From: a virus
Lineage: Duplodnaviria > Heunggongvirae > Uroviricota > Caudoviricetes
Strand: one strand, 5' to 3'
DNA: 63,014 nt
IMG/VR virus record: IMGVR_UViG_3300045988_147415
Below the pieces are notes generated by a model. The model was not told where the DNA came from and searched no databases. It saw only the letters and a program-made list of their open reading frames with translations. Shown piece after piece: positions 18,633 through 28,088 of the stretch; within the stretch, counting starts at the first letter, position 1, and each line of letters begins with the position of its first letter. Position numbers and translations under genes: made by a program.

Positions 18633-18925
18633 GCATCATTAAAGAAATGCCGGTAGAACGTGATGAATATGGCTGCTGGACACATCCGGAGTATGAGAAG
18701 TTTTGCGCAGGTCGTGAATGTATTTCCACTGAGGAATTTGACGCCTGGATGAAGGAAAATAATCTTCAGTGGACTATTCGCAGTATGGATCTGGACGCAG
18801 CTGGACCCGATATTGCCGCCTGGGAACCGGAGCGACCAGAGGGTGAAGGCTGGTTTGTTGGCTCTATCCATGACACTGAAGATGGTCCAGTTTGTATCTG
18901 GCTGCGGGAGAAGGTTGCCGCATGA
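18629..18925 (+). CDS. hypothetical protein
   Basis: Coupled ORF; stop overlaps the phosphatase start (ATGA). Confidence 0.4.
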   Translation: MSIIKEMPVERDEYGCWTHPEYEKFCAGRECISTEEFDAWMKENNLQWTIRSMDLDAAGPDIAAWEPERPEGEGWFVGSIHDTEDGPVCIWLREKVAA

Positions 18926-19614
18926 TCCAGGCTATGCATGAAGTGAATTTATATAGCCGTATTGATGGTTCTGGCTACAGAAACATATGGGTTGTTGGTG
19001 ATCTGCATGGTTGCTACACCAGACTGATGTCCGAACTCCATCGTGTGGATTTTGACCCGGCGCAGGATTTACTGATATCGGTTGGCGACCTTATCGATCG
19101 CGGCACCGAAAATGTTGAATGCCTGGAGCTATTGCAGATGCCCTGGTTTCGGTCGGTTATGGGAAACCACGAGCGATTAATGATCGATGCGTTAAGTCCT
19201 GATGGCAACGTGAATAACTGGCTAATGAATGGCGGGCAATGGTTCTTCATGCTGGACGCTGATCAGGAAATATTAGCCAGGGCGCTGGTGGAGCTGGTAA
19301 GACGTCTGCCCTATATCATTGAGTTGAACACCGGGCATGAAACTATCGTTATAGCCCATGCCGACTATCCAGGTGGAGAGTACCAGTTCGGTAAGGATGT
19401 GTCGCTTTTTGATGTTGTCTGGTCGCGCAGTCGCGTCGGTGATTCGATAGATGGCATTGGTGGAGAAATCACAGGCGCAGATCGCTTTATCTTTGGGCAC
19501 ACACCGGTACGAAGACCAAAAGCATACTGGAATCAGCACTACATAGACACTGGCGCGGTTTTTTGCGGAAATCTGACGCTAATGCATGTGAAGGGAGGGC
19601 AGCTTAAAGTCTGA
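18922..19614 (+). CDS. serine/threonine protein phosphatase (lambda PPase / PrpA-like metallophosphoesterase)
   Basis: GDLHG, GDLIDRG and GNHE metallophosphatase motifs; start at internal ATG overlapping the upstream stop. Confidence 0.85.
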   Translation: MIQAMHEVNLYSRIDGSGYRNIWVVGDLHGCYTRLMSELHRVDFDPAQDLLISVGDLIDRGTENVECLELLQMPWFRSVMGNHERLMIDALSPDGNVNNWLMNGGQWFFMLDADQEILARALVELVRRLPYIIELNTGHETIVIAHADYPGGEYQFGKDVSLFDVVWSRSRVGDSIDGIGGEITGADRFIFGHTPVRRPKAYWNQHYIDTGAVFCGNLTLMHVKGGQLKV

Positions 19615-19640
19615 TCAAATCATTTACGCACTCAAAATAC

Positions 19641-19672
19641 GTTAGAACATTGATTTTAGTTTTCTAACATAT
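19641..19672 (+). promoter_or_regulatory. operator-like motif pair (GTTAGAACATTGATTTTAGTTTTCTAACATAT)
   Basis: Recurrent motif with a partial inverted half-site, about 40 bp upstream of the 19712 gene. Confidence 0.4.
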
Positions 19673-19711
19673 TATTTTACCACTCGGAACAAAACAGAGT
19701 CGGTATGCATT

Positions 19712-20707
19712 ATGAGTGCAATAATCACCCCATATGTCGTAAATGAAACTGGTGTGGCTGTCTTTCCTGTAGATAAGCCCACCAGCAATTACATCGGCGC
19801 AGGACGCCGTTTTCTTATATCCCCATTGCCGCGCGAACAGGTTGAAAACACCCCTGATGGCGTCGTGGACCTGAATTATTCCCTGGTTGCCAACCAGTCA
19901 CTGACACCCTTTTTTCAAAGTGAGCGCGTATTTAATGCGTTAGGTGGTGAGGATTCTATCGTTCACTGGGTTAGCACCAACATTCACGATTGCCAGGCGC
20001 ATGATAAGCGTGATTGTAGCCACCAGCTAACCACTCACTTCTATAACGGTTCTGCCGTTCGCCTGTGCTGGAAGCATGATGCGGAATACATGATGAAGGG
20101 GTACGGCAAGCTTGACGACCAGCTATCCCTGAATCGCGCCAACTGGATTATGAACTGGGCCGCCAGCGAGTTAAAACTTCCGCCAGACCGCGATCTTAGC
20201 ATGGTTGAACTCACCTTTTGGGCCATTCGCCGGAATCTTAAAGACGAGCTACCTGATGAAGCTGGTCGCATTGCATTTTGTCAGCCAAAGCCTGAGATCC
20301 CTACAGGCACTCTGAAAGAGTCGGATATCACCTGGGAGCACAGCACCCGCGAGCTGGTGGATATTACCGCAGAGCAGATCGTCAACCTGTCTGTAGATGA
20401 AGATTCCGGCCTGCTTTATATGCGCCGACCAAAAACGGTCCTCGGTAAAAGCCCGGCTTATCTCCGGTTTGTGGTTTCTCGTCCGTGCATCGGATGCGGT
20501 GGAAAAGTTAATCACCCGTTCATGTACCGCGCCCGCTCGTTAAACGAACACGATCGCTGGGCTGTTCCTCTTTGCGATGAATGCGCCAGAAGCGCAGAAA
20601 ACGATGTCCGGGCATGGGAAAAAACGCATGGCATACGCCTTTACGTAGCCGCTAACCAGCTTTTCGATTTCGCCATCGAGCGCGGAGTGATCACGTTCAA
20701 TAACTGA
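19712..20707 (+). CDS. hypothetical protein with C-terminal Cys-rich (zinc-ribbon-like) segment
   Basis: 331 aa; C-terminal CIGCGG...CDECA cysteine pairs. Confidence 0.5.
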   Translation: MSAIITPYVVNETGVAVFPVDKPTSNYIGAGRRFLISPLPREQVENTPDGVVDLNYSLVANQSLTPFFQSERVFNALGGEDSIVHWVSTNIHDCQAHDKRDCSHQLTTHFYNGSAVRLCWKHDAEYMMKGYGKLDDQLSLNRANWIMNWAASELKLPPDRDLSMVELTFWAIRRNLKDELPDEAGRIAFCQPKPEIPTGTLKESDITWEHSTRELVDITAEQIVNLSVDEDSGLLYMRRPKTVLGKSPAYLRFVVSRPCIGCGGKVNHPFMYRARSLNEHDRWAVPLCDECARSAENDVRAWEKTHGIRLYVAANQLFDFAIERGVITFNN

Positions 20708-20720
20708 TGGGAACAATGCA

Positions 20721-21020
20721 ATGAGTCAAGGTAATGGTGACGGAGCTGCAAAGTGCAGAATCTCCACTTGTTTGATTAATGACAAAAAAATAGAACCGTG
20801 CGCGGCGTTGGCACAATCCCTGGAGCAGGATGCTGAATACACGACGCGGAAAGGTCTGCTGAAATACAAAATCTATAACCATGAATTAATTCATTCACAA
20901 GACCTGATCATGCTGCGGTCAGGCGAGCTTTCTAAATCGCCGATTCGAATTTCATTTTGCCCGTTCTGTGGTGAAAGTCTGAAAACGTGGGAAGCGGAGG
21001 CAACCAGTGATCAAAATTAA
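20721..21020 (+). CDS. hypothetical small protein (possible zinc ribbon)
   Basis: CRISTC ... CPFCG cysteine pairs. Confidence 0.4.
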   Translation: MSQGNGDGAAKCRISTCLINDKKIEPCAALAQSLEQDAEYTTRKGLLKYKIYNHELIHSQDLIMLRSGELSKSPIRISFCPFCGESLKTWEAEATSDQN

Positions 21021-21816
21021 CTATCAAGAACTGCGCGAGGCGGCGGAACAGGCAACGCAAGATGAATGGGTAGCATATATTTTGCCGGGTCATAACGGCA
21101 TTTATCCTGCGCGCACGTCTGAGGGTAGGCATTGCGGATACTTTATTGACTGGCCTGGCATTGATGGACAAAGGAATGCTGGTGCTAATGCCCGTTATAT
21201 CGCGTCTATCCCACCAAAAGTTGCGCTGGCACTCCTGGCCGAAATTAAGTGCCTGGAAGACACAAATATTGATGCCATGTGCCGAATTGCAGAACTGGAA
21301 AAACAATGCGCTGAATGGGAGCGAAAAGCATTAAGCAACTTTGAAGAGTGTGCTGCTATGGCTGAACGTATCGAAGAGTTGCAGACAAACTCTGCACCAG
21401 GTTCGTTTGGCATCATCGGTGAAAACATTCGAACACAGGATAATCGAATAACGTCAGACCCTATGTTTTGTGTGTATCAAAAGCGCGAAATCGTTGTTGA
21501 TGCTGATTATGACTATGACCGGATTGTCTGGGTTGATGAAGATGGCAATGAAGCCAATAAACGCCAAAGTCGTCGTCTCGAACTACTTCACGAAAACTTT
21601 CGAGAGCCACCAGAAAAATGGCGGCGCGTTGCTGTGAAAGATATTGATGAATTCGTGACCTGCTGTTTCACCGAGCAGGGTTGTAAAGACTACTTGGCAG
21701 CCAATGGTCACAATCTTCGCTTGCCTTTTATATATGTAAAAAGCGGTTTCAGGAACGCTGAATATATCGGCATAAGAAACTGGCTTGCTGGCATTCGCAT
21801 CAAAGGAGGTGAGTAA
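21007..21816 (+). CDS. ead/Ea22-like family protein
   Basis: N-terminal ELREAAEQATQDEW...ANARYIASIPPKVALALLAEI typical of Ea22-like prophage proteins. Confidence 0.55.
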   Translation: MIKINYQELREAAEQATQDEWVAYILPGHNGIYPARTSEGRHCGYFIDWPGIDGQRNAGANARYIASIPPKVALALLAEIKCLEDTNIDAMCRIAELEKQCAEWERKALSNFEECAAMAERIEELQTNSAPGSFGIIGENIRTQDNRITSDPMFCVYQKREIVVDADYDYDRIVWVDEDGNEANKRQSRRLELLHENFREPPEKWRRVAVKDIDEFVTCCFTEQGCKDYLAANGHNLRLPFIYVKSGFRNAEYIGIRNWLAGIRIKGGE

Positions 21817-21992
21817 TGCGTGTGGCATGTATCGGCTTGTTACCGTACCCGACTCGTTTTTGGGCTTCTGCGCTAATTGCAAAGCCACATGTCCTGATGG
21901 CTGACAACATCATCCCGGCACCAAAGCGCCGCCATACCGGTATTGCAGCGGCACGACGAGCAGCAAAGAAACGCAGGAGAGCAAAACGATGA
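21816..21992 (+). CDS. possible small basic protein (58 aa)
   Basis: AGGAGGTGA RBS; TAATG overlap with the upstream stop and ATGA overlap with the next start; below ORF-track cutoff. Confidence 0.3.
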   Translation: MRVACIGLLPYPTRFWASALIAKPHVLMADNIIPAPKRRHTGIAAARRAAKKRRRAKR

Positions 21993-22180
21993 AAAACCGT
22001 AAAGCAAAGATGCTTATTTCCCGTGTATACAGACGTTGCCATCCCAGCCAGTGGTTGAGAGTTAGCAATCGCCGTGTGGTGTTGTACTTATATTCTGGAA
22101 TTGCCAGAGAGGGAGTCCGAGATAAGCGCAGCGCGGCGCAAAACCGCTGGAAAAACCACCTGCGCACTAAAGGAGACTGA
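21989..22180 (+). CDS. hypothetical small basic protein
   Basis: Translationally coupled on both sides. Confidence 0.35.
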   Translation: MKNRKAKMLISRVYRRCHPSQWLRVSNRRVVLYLYSGIAREGVRDKRSAAQNRWKNHLRTKGD

Positions 22181-22181
22181 T

Positions 22182-22391
22182 ATGGCTATTGCCGCAAGTT
22201 ACACCATGCATCTCTACTGTGATTGTCGCCAGTGTACAAATGGTAAATATCAAACGCCAGACTTCGGTGAGTATATCGGTACGTCATGGGCTGGCTGTGC
22301 AAAAGAGGCGCGCAAGGACGGCTGGCGAATAAGCAAAGACAAAACGCGTGCTTTTGCGCCCGGGCATAAAGTTTTGAGGGTTAATAAATGA
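22182..22391 (+). CDS. small Cys-containing protein (possible zinc-binding)
   Basis: Internal ATG with AAAGGAG RBS; YCDCRQC motif. Confidence 0.45.
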   Translation: MAIAASYTMHLYCDCRQCTNGKYQTPDFGEYIGTSWAGCAKEARKDGWRISKDKTRAFAPGHKVLRVNK

Positions 22392-22837
22392 CCACTATTA
22401 CCAAAGAACGTGCGGAGATTAAATCATTCATCACAGGCTTCCTGAGCGACCCAGCGCACGATAACCAATCTTCAGACAGCCTGCTTGCCAATGTGTTTCG
22501 TATCGCGCTGGCATCGCTGGAAGCAGAACCGATGGCATGGCGATATCGCTACGTGAAAAAAGGCATTACGGACTCACAGGGGGAGCCGTGGGTTGGTGAC
22601 TGGAAATATGTACCGACAAAAGAGGATTGCAACGACAGACCGAACTATGAAATTCAGGCGTTATTCACTGCCCCGCCTGTGCCACTGACACCAGAAGGAT
22701 TGATTAAAGCAGTGCGCTTCTATGAACAGGTTAAGCGTGAGAATCCGCCAGTCGAAACCGGAGCATGGAAAGACGCTGTTGACTGGGTGCTCAAAGAGGC
22801 TTGCCAGGCTGTAAACATTGGTACCAAAGGAGATTGA
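22388..22837 (+). CDS. hypothetical protein (paralogous N-terminal motif with the next gene)
   Basis: Shares ALASLEAEP and TAPP(V/A)P segments with 22839..23681. Confidence 0.45.
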   Translation: MTTITKERAEIKSFITGFLSDPAHDNQSSDSLLANVFRIALASLEAEPMAWRYRYVKKGITDSQGEPWVGDWKYVPTKEDCNDRPNYEIQALFTAPPVPLTPEGLIKAVRFYEQVKRENPPVETGAWKDAVDWVLKEACQAVNIGTKGD

Positions 22838-22838
22838 T

Positions 22839-23681
22839 ATGACCACTTTCACCGACAAAGAACTGATTAAAGAAATCAAAGAGCGCATAGGCAGCCTGGA
22901 CGTTCGAGACAATATTGAGCGCCGTGCTTATGAAATTGCACTGGCATCGCTGGAAGCAGAGCCTATTGGTGAAGTTTCAGAGAAGCGACACGGCCTTGTT
23001 ATGGATGGAACGGTAGACCTTGGCGGGAAATCAACTTATCGCATCATTAAGGGAGAAAAAGCGATGAAGTTGTTGCCGTTGGGGACGAAGTTTTATACCG
23101 CACCGCCAGCGCCGGTAATACAGGCTGATGTCGCGCAAGCAATTGAAAATCTCAAGCAGAAATTAGTGGAATGCAATCGCTATAACTACTGCGCAGATGC
23201 AGTTAAGGGCGTAGAGGATGCCTGCCACGCTGCCATGCTTCAGGGTATCCAACCTGTAAGCCAAACTTACAACTTGCCAGAATTAATCGAAGGGATGGAA
23301 GTTTCCATTGATGTAAGCACTTGTGATGCTGATTTAGGTAATCGCTATTTCGGCACCGTCACCGAGGCGTTAGAACTTGATACAGCCAAGAATGGTTACA
23401 TCCTCCTGGTTCAGGACGCAGAGCCAAACTTCGATGTAAATGGCAACTCTCCGGGAACTCCGGATAGTTGGATAAGCTGTAGTGATCGAATGCCTGAAAA
23501 GGGCCAGAACGTGCTTATTTCGGTGAATTTCGATAGCTCTCTGGTTGAACCGCTAATATGCTCCGCACGCTATACCGGAAGCACCTTTCGGCGCGGAGAT
23601 GCAACGATTAAGCCGGGTAATGGTATTGAGCAAGCAACTCACTGGATGCCGCTACCGGAACCGCCGCAGGAGGCGAAATGA
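22839..23681 (+). CDS. hypothetical protein with DUF551-like C-terminus
   Basis: C-terminal W(M)PLPEPP motif; AAAGGAG RBS at internal ATG. Confidence 0.5.
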   Translation: MTTFTDKELIKEIKERIGSLDVRDNIERRAYEIALASLEAEPIGEVSEKRHGLVMDGTVDLGGKSTYRIIKGEKAMKLLPLGTKFYTAPPAPVIQADVAQAIENLKQKLVECNRYNYCADAVKGVEDACHAAMLQGIQPVSQTYNLPELIEGMEVSIDVSTCDADLGNRYFGTVTEALELDTAKNGYILLVQDAEPNFDVNGNSPGTPDSWISCSDRMPEKGQNVLISVNFDSSLVEPLICSARYTGSTFRRGDATIKPGNGIEQATHWMPLPEPPQEAK

Positions 23682-23938
23682 TGGATGTAAAAGAGAAGGT
23701 TTTGCAGGTGATGCGTTCCCGGGCTGCCCTGCAAGATAAAGCTCTCGGCGGGGAATATCCATTCAGGATGGCAACCTGGAATTTGCGGTTGGCAATGGAG
23801 AAGGAATTTCCTGATGAAGAATGGCGTTCGGCAGATTTGCGCAAAATTCTTATGGAGATTGCTAAAGACGGAACAGTATCTAAAGATAAACATGCCAGCC
23901 GGATTGGTCAGGCAGTATGGAGACTGGAGGAGCGGTAA
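23678..23938 (+). CDS. hypothetical small protein
   Basis: ATGA overlap with the upstream gene. Confidence 0.4.
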   Translation: MMDVKEKVLQVMRSRAALQDKALGGEYPFRMATWNLRLAMEKEFPDEEWRSADLRKILMEIAKDGTVSKDKHASRIGQAVWRLEER

Positions 23939-24237
23939 TGGCTAACCTGCAACTTGCCGTCAAAGGTGAATACTTCGATGCCATGATTCGCGGGGAGAAA
24001 ACGGAAGAGTATCGCCTGTGCAATGACTACTGGAATAAACGCCTCGTTAATCGTAAGTATGACCGCCTGATTATCACAAAGGGATATCCGAAGCGCGACG
24101 ATTCCAGCCGCAGACTTGACGTCCCGTATGACGGATATGAAATCAAGACAATCACACATCCACACTTCGGAGATAAACCGGTAAAGGTGTTCGCGATAAA
24201 AGTAAAATTAACACGGAGTAATTATGTGGTGCGGTAA
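23938..24237 (+). CDS. ASCH/DUF3850-like small protein
   Basis: LAVKGEYFDAMIRGEKTEEYR pattern; TAATG-coupled start. Confidence 0.45.
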   Translation: MANLQLAVKGEYFDAMIRGEKTEEYRLCNDYWNKRLVNRKYDRLIITKGYPKRDDSSRRLDVPYDGYEIKTITHPHFGDKPVKVFAIKVKLTRSNYVVR

Positions 24238-24256
24238 TAATCATGGCGGAAGCCAG

Positions 24257-24517
24257 ATGATACTTACCGAATATACGTTCGACCACAAAACCAATAAATC
24301 ACGTTCAGTATATTTGCTTCGGCACAATAGCCGCGTAAGAAATACCGTGCTGGAGCAAAATCTGACTGTTGAAATGGATAATTTGGGAAACTTCAAGCCA
24401 ACAATATCGCTTGATGATTTTCCTCGTGGTTTAAGCGAAAGAGAAGCAATGCTGAAATTAGCAGAATGGTTACAAAGATTGAGCATTGCTATTGAGGATA
24501 ACTGGATTCAACCATAA
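24257..24517 (+). CDS. hypothetical small protein
   Basis: Start ambiguous (24224 or 24257). Confidence 0.35.
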   Translation: MILTEYTFDHKTNKSRSVYLLRHNSRVRNTVLEQNLTVEMDNLGNFKPTISLDDFPRGLSEREAMLKLAEWLQRLSIAIEDNWIQP

Positions 24518-24541
24518 TGAAAAACAGAAAGAAAGATTGCT

Positions 24542-24751
24542 ATGGCAACATTTAGTAAATTCGCAGTAATTATGATTTTATTAATCCCCCTCACTGTTAC
24601 AGCAGGGGAACAGCAACATTGCACAAAAGAGAATGAACACCCTTTCATCGTTATTCAATGTGATGACGGAACGGTGACAGTGGTTAATGTAAGAAATGAC
24701 CGTGTAGCTGTATGCCGTAAAGGCGAACCATGCAAGGAGATAAAGCTATGA
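24542..24751 (+). CDS. small secreted protein
   Basis: Signal-peptide-like N-terminus (FAVIMILLIPLTVTA) with several Cys. Confidence 0.4.
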   Translation: MATFSKFAVIMILLIPLTVTAGEQQHCTKENEHPFIVIQCDDGTVTVVNVRNDRVAVCRKGEPCKEIKL

Positions 24752-25527
24752 CCAAAATCACTAAAGAGCGTATATCAGAGATTATTTCCCGTATCGAAAT
24801 GTATGGTCACGGTGCTGGATATACGGCAGATGAAGTATTGGCACTTGCCCAAATGGCTTTGGCGGCTTGCAAAGATGATAAAAAAATGAAGCTTATCGAC
24901 TTGTTAGTGAAGGAGCTGCCTAAGTGCGGCGGGTGGCCTGATGGAATGAGTTATTGTTACCTACCCAGTGTCAATTTAATGGCACCATGCGCGACTTTTG
25001 CTTTTGGCTCAGACCTCAAAAAAGACACTTTCTTTGGGCGCAATTTTTGTTGTGAGATTGAGCTTCCAATTGGTGACCTTGATAGCGATGAATACCAGTC
25101 AGTTGTCACTCGCGAACAATACGAATCAGCTCTCATAGCGTCGCAGAAAGTCGAGTTCAATGGTGATGAACCTGAAAGTAAGGCTTACAAGTTAGATTTT
25201 GAGCAATTAGATTTTGAGCAATGGCTGGAGCAGCAACGCGGGGAAATCGATGTGGACTGCGGTTGTGTGTCTGCGGAAACATTCATGCACTGGTTGCGGG
25301 TAGCTTATGAGGCTGGGAACCATCCGGTTCTTCCGGATAGTTCCCAACAAGCGCCCAGGAAAAGCGTAAAAACCACTCTGGAAAGAGGCTATCTTGAGGC
25401 CGCATTAAAGATTAAGCCGGGCCATACGCTAGGCGTCATTGATGCCATGTTGGTTCATGAAATGGCTAAGGCTTTATTGCCGCTGGTGGCTGATAAACAT
25501 GAGGCGGGCCATGCCAACGAAAGCTGA
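24748..25527 (+). CDS. hypothetical protein
   Basis: AAGGAG RBS; ATGA overlap with the upstream stop. Confidence 0.45.
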   Translation: MTKITKERISEIISRIEMYGHGAGYTADEVLALAQMALAACKDDKKMKLIDLLVKELPKCGGWPDGMSYCYLPSVNLMAPCATFAFGSDLKKDTFFGRNFCCEIELPIGDLDSDEYQSVVTREQYESALIASQKVEFNGDEPESKAYKLDFEQLDFEQWLEQQRGEIDVDCGCVSAETFMHWLRVAYEAGNHPVLPDSSQQAPRKSVKTTLERGYLEAALKIKPGHTLGVIDAMLVHEMAKALLPLVADKHEAGHANES

Positions 25528-25843
25528 GTTACAGGCTCGCGTAGAGATTCTTGAAAAAGAAAATGCGAGTCTAAAAGGAATGCTGGCGCGGGCGGAAAGG
25601 GAATTATAAGGCAAATTATTGCCAGAAGAGCTGCCACCAGCAGATATATCTGATCGAGTGTCCTGGTGGATGAAGTATTTCCGTGCACCGTGGGAGGCGT
25701 TTTGGTGCTACGACCATCGCAGATGGTGTGATGAGCTTGATAGCAGTTTCCCCTATTTTGCGGAAGGGAACTCTTGCCCTGAATGTAGGAGTTAATGATG
25801 ACCGGCGATAACGCGTTTGCACCAAAGGTGTCTCTTTAATGTA

Positions 25844-25863
25844 TACTGTATAAATGAACAGTA
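25844..25863. promoter_or_regulatory. LexA (SOS) box TACTGTATAAATGAACAGTA upstream of humD
   Basis: Perfect CTGT-N8-ACAG LexA consensus about 20 bp upstream of the humD start. Confidence 0.7.
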
Positions 25864-25882
25864 TTATTGAGGTGAAAACGCT

Positions 25883-26272
25883 ATGGGCTTCCCTTCTCCT
25901 GCGGCGGATTATGTTGAAAGCAGAATTTCTCTTGATCAGCAACTAATCAGGCATCCATCAGCGACATACTTCATGCGGGCGGCAGACAGCCATCACCGTG
26001 AGGGAATATTGCAGGGTGCTTTGCTGGTGGTTGATTCCTCGCTTACTCCGGTTGATGGCTCTCTGCTTGTGTGCGCTATGGAGGGCGAATATCGCATAAA
26101 GAGATACCGAAAGTATCCGCGCCAGCACCTGGAGGATTTAAGCACCGGGAAGAAAGAGGCGTTACCAGTGGATGACGATGGATACACGGGCAGTAATGCT
26201 GTTTTTGGTGTGATCACTCATGTCATCAATGATGCCCGAAGTGGGGAGTTTGATGATTGTCCGGTTATTTAA
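25883..26272 (+). CDS. humD: UmuD'-like protein (HumD)
   Basis: Begins at GFPSPAADYVE, matching the post-cleavage UmuD' N-terminus; S24 peptidase fold residues retained. Confidence 0.85.
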   Translation: MGFPSPAADYVESRISLDQQLIRHPSATYFMRAADSHHREGILQGALLVVDSSLTPVDGSLLVCAMEGEYRIKRYRKYPRQHLEDLSTGKKEALPVDDDGYTGSNAVFGVITHVINDARSGEFDDCPVI

Positions 26273-26344
26273 GCTGCAAAGTGCTGGTGCTTTATGCCTG
26301 TGAAGTTTATAATCGTGTACACATAACGAGTACACGAGGTGTTT

Positions 26345-26566
26345 ATGCAATCCATTAACTTCCGTACCGCGCGCGGCAACCTTTCTGAAGTGCTCAACAA
26401 TGTTGAAGCCGGGGAAGAGGTTGAAATCACCCGCAGAGGCCGTGAGCCAGCAGTAATTGTCAGCAAGGCTACTTTCGAAGCCTACAAAAAAGCGGCGCTG
26501 GATGCTGAATTTGCATCCCTGTTTGACACCCTGGACTCCACCAACAAGGAACTGGTTAACCGATAA
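26345..26566 (+). CDS. phd: Phd antitoxin (prevent-host-death)
   Basis: [39 protein letters not shown]... matches P1 Phd essentially throughout. Confidence 0.9.
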
Positions 26567-26946
26567 TGAGGCATATATCACCGGAAGAACTTATTGCGCT
26601 TCATGATGCGAATATAAGCCGCTACGGCGGCCTGCCGGGAATGTCAGATCCGGGTAGGGCAGAGGCCATTATCGGGAGAGTTCAGGCCAGAGTTGCCTAC
26701 GAAGAGATCACCGACCTTTTCGAAGTCTCCGCCACCTACCTGGTGGCTACGGCGAGAGGGCATATATTCAATGATGCCAATAAGCGTACCGCGCTAAACA
26801 GTGCGCTGCTATTTCTACGCCGTAACGGTATACAGGTATATGATTCTCCCGTGCTGGTGGAGCTTACAGTGGGGGCTGCAACTGGTGAAATCCCCGTATC
26901 TTCAGTAGCGAAAAAACTACGTGAACTATATGGTTCCAATATTTGA
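26566..26946 (+). CDS. doc: Doc toxin (death-on-curing, Fic fold)
   Basis: [25 protein letters not shown]...[12 protein letters not shown] matches P1 Doc; TAATG overlap with phd. Confidence 0.9.
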
Positions 26947-26950
26947 AAAG

Positions 26951-26974
26951 AAGCCCGCTCAACCAGGCGGGCTT
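26951..26974. terminator. hairpin shared by convergent doc and terminase-paralog genes
   Basis: AAGCCCGC-TCAACCAG-GCGGGCTT; on the minus strand it is followed by a U-rich tract. Confidence 0.4.
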
Positions 26975-26981
26975 CCTACTA

Positions 26982-28088
26982 TCACTCAATGATTTTTTCT
27001 GCTGTCAGCCAGCTAATTTCTTGCCTGTCTTTCGGCGGTTTTAGCATGTGGGCGTATTCAGCGACATTCTCCCACGGAATTGTTTTTGCCCACTCAACGA
27101 TAGCATTGTGATCTGCAGTGAAGAGTGGAATGGTGTGCGATTTCAACCACTCTAATGTTGTAACGCCATGTTTTTTTGCGTGGTGCTGTGCATGATGCCG
27201 GGCTATCACTTGTAATGGCATTGTCCATTCACTACCATCAGGCATCGAAAAGCGCATTGTTTTCGGCATATCTGATTCAAGAACAGCCTCCCGAATACCC
27301 GGGAACTCACCAAGAACCATGCGACGGTAATCATCGCCGATTTTACCACCATACATTTCTGCAATCCCATCAAGATAATCTTGAGTAAGCAGAGGTGATT
27401 CTTCTGCGTTCAGCTTGATGGCTGTATAAATACCACATGGATTTTCTTCAGTTTTTGCACGACCATGATGGGAATCGTAAAAGTGTCCATGTTCCTCCTC
27501 TGGAGGAGCAGACATTAAAAGTATACGTGAATCGTCACTCACTAAAGATGCTCTTAACATCCCGAATAGCCGATAGCTTACAAGAGCCGCGTCCATAACA
27601 ATGATCAAAAGATGTTCAGCATAATATCCGGCTACATCTTCCTCATAATTTAGGCGATATGGTTTAATTTCGCAGCCCCAAGATTTTTGGTAACGATGAT
27701 TGAGGCCATTTTGGTCGATTTGAAAATACTCTCCCAGTAATGGCGCTTTTGTTTTAGCTTTCTCCCAATACATATTCATGAGTGAGAGAGTTACCATTCC
27801 ATTACGCTCAAAGTCTGGAGCGACCATGACCGTTTTAGACTCAGGCATCAGGATCGTATAAAGGATACAAATGATAGCCAGAGCAGACTTATGCCCTATC
27901 CCAGTCGGTGTGGTAACGCTGACTGCTGAACCTTTTTGTTGAATCGCCTCAACAATTAATTTTTGCTGGTGGGTTAACTTAACCCCCATCAACTCTTCTG
28001 CTGCTAATGCCCAGTCATGGCTATATTTGCTTACCAGCTCTATCCACTCTGGTAATTCGGTGATGTTTTTAGGCGTCAGCATCAGCAT
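26982..28088 (-). CDS. terminase large-subunit ATPase-domain paralog with degenerate catalytic motifs
   Basis: Aligns with the pacB-like protein over about 250 aa (THQQKLIVEAIQ, HFYDSHHGRAKTEENP) but Walker A is GIGHKS rather than GTGKS and Walker B is VMDAAL rather than ILDEAS. Confidence 0.55.
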   Translation of the reverse strand: MLMLTPKNITELPEWIELVSKYSHDWALAAEELMGVKLTHQQKLIVEAIQQKGSAVSVTTPTGIGHKSALAIICILYTILMPESKTVMVAPDFERNGMVTLSLMNMYWEKAKTKAPLLGEYFQIDQNGLNHRYQKSWGCEIKPYRLNYEEDVAGYYAEHLLIIVMDAALVSYRLFGMLRASLVSDDSRILLMSAPPEEEHGHFYDSHHGRAKTEENPCGIYTAIKLNAEESPLLTQDYLDGIAEMYGGKIGDDYRRMVLGEFPGIREAVLESDMPKTMRFSMPDGSEWTMPLQVIARHHAQHHAKKHGVTTLEWLKSHTIPLFTADHNAIVEWAKTIPWENVAEYAHMLKPPKDRQEISWLTAEKIIE

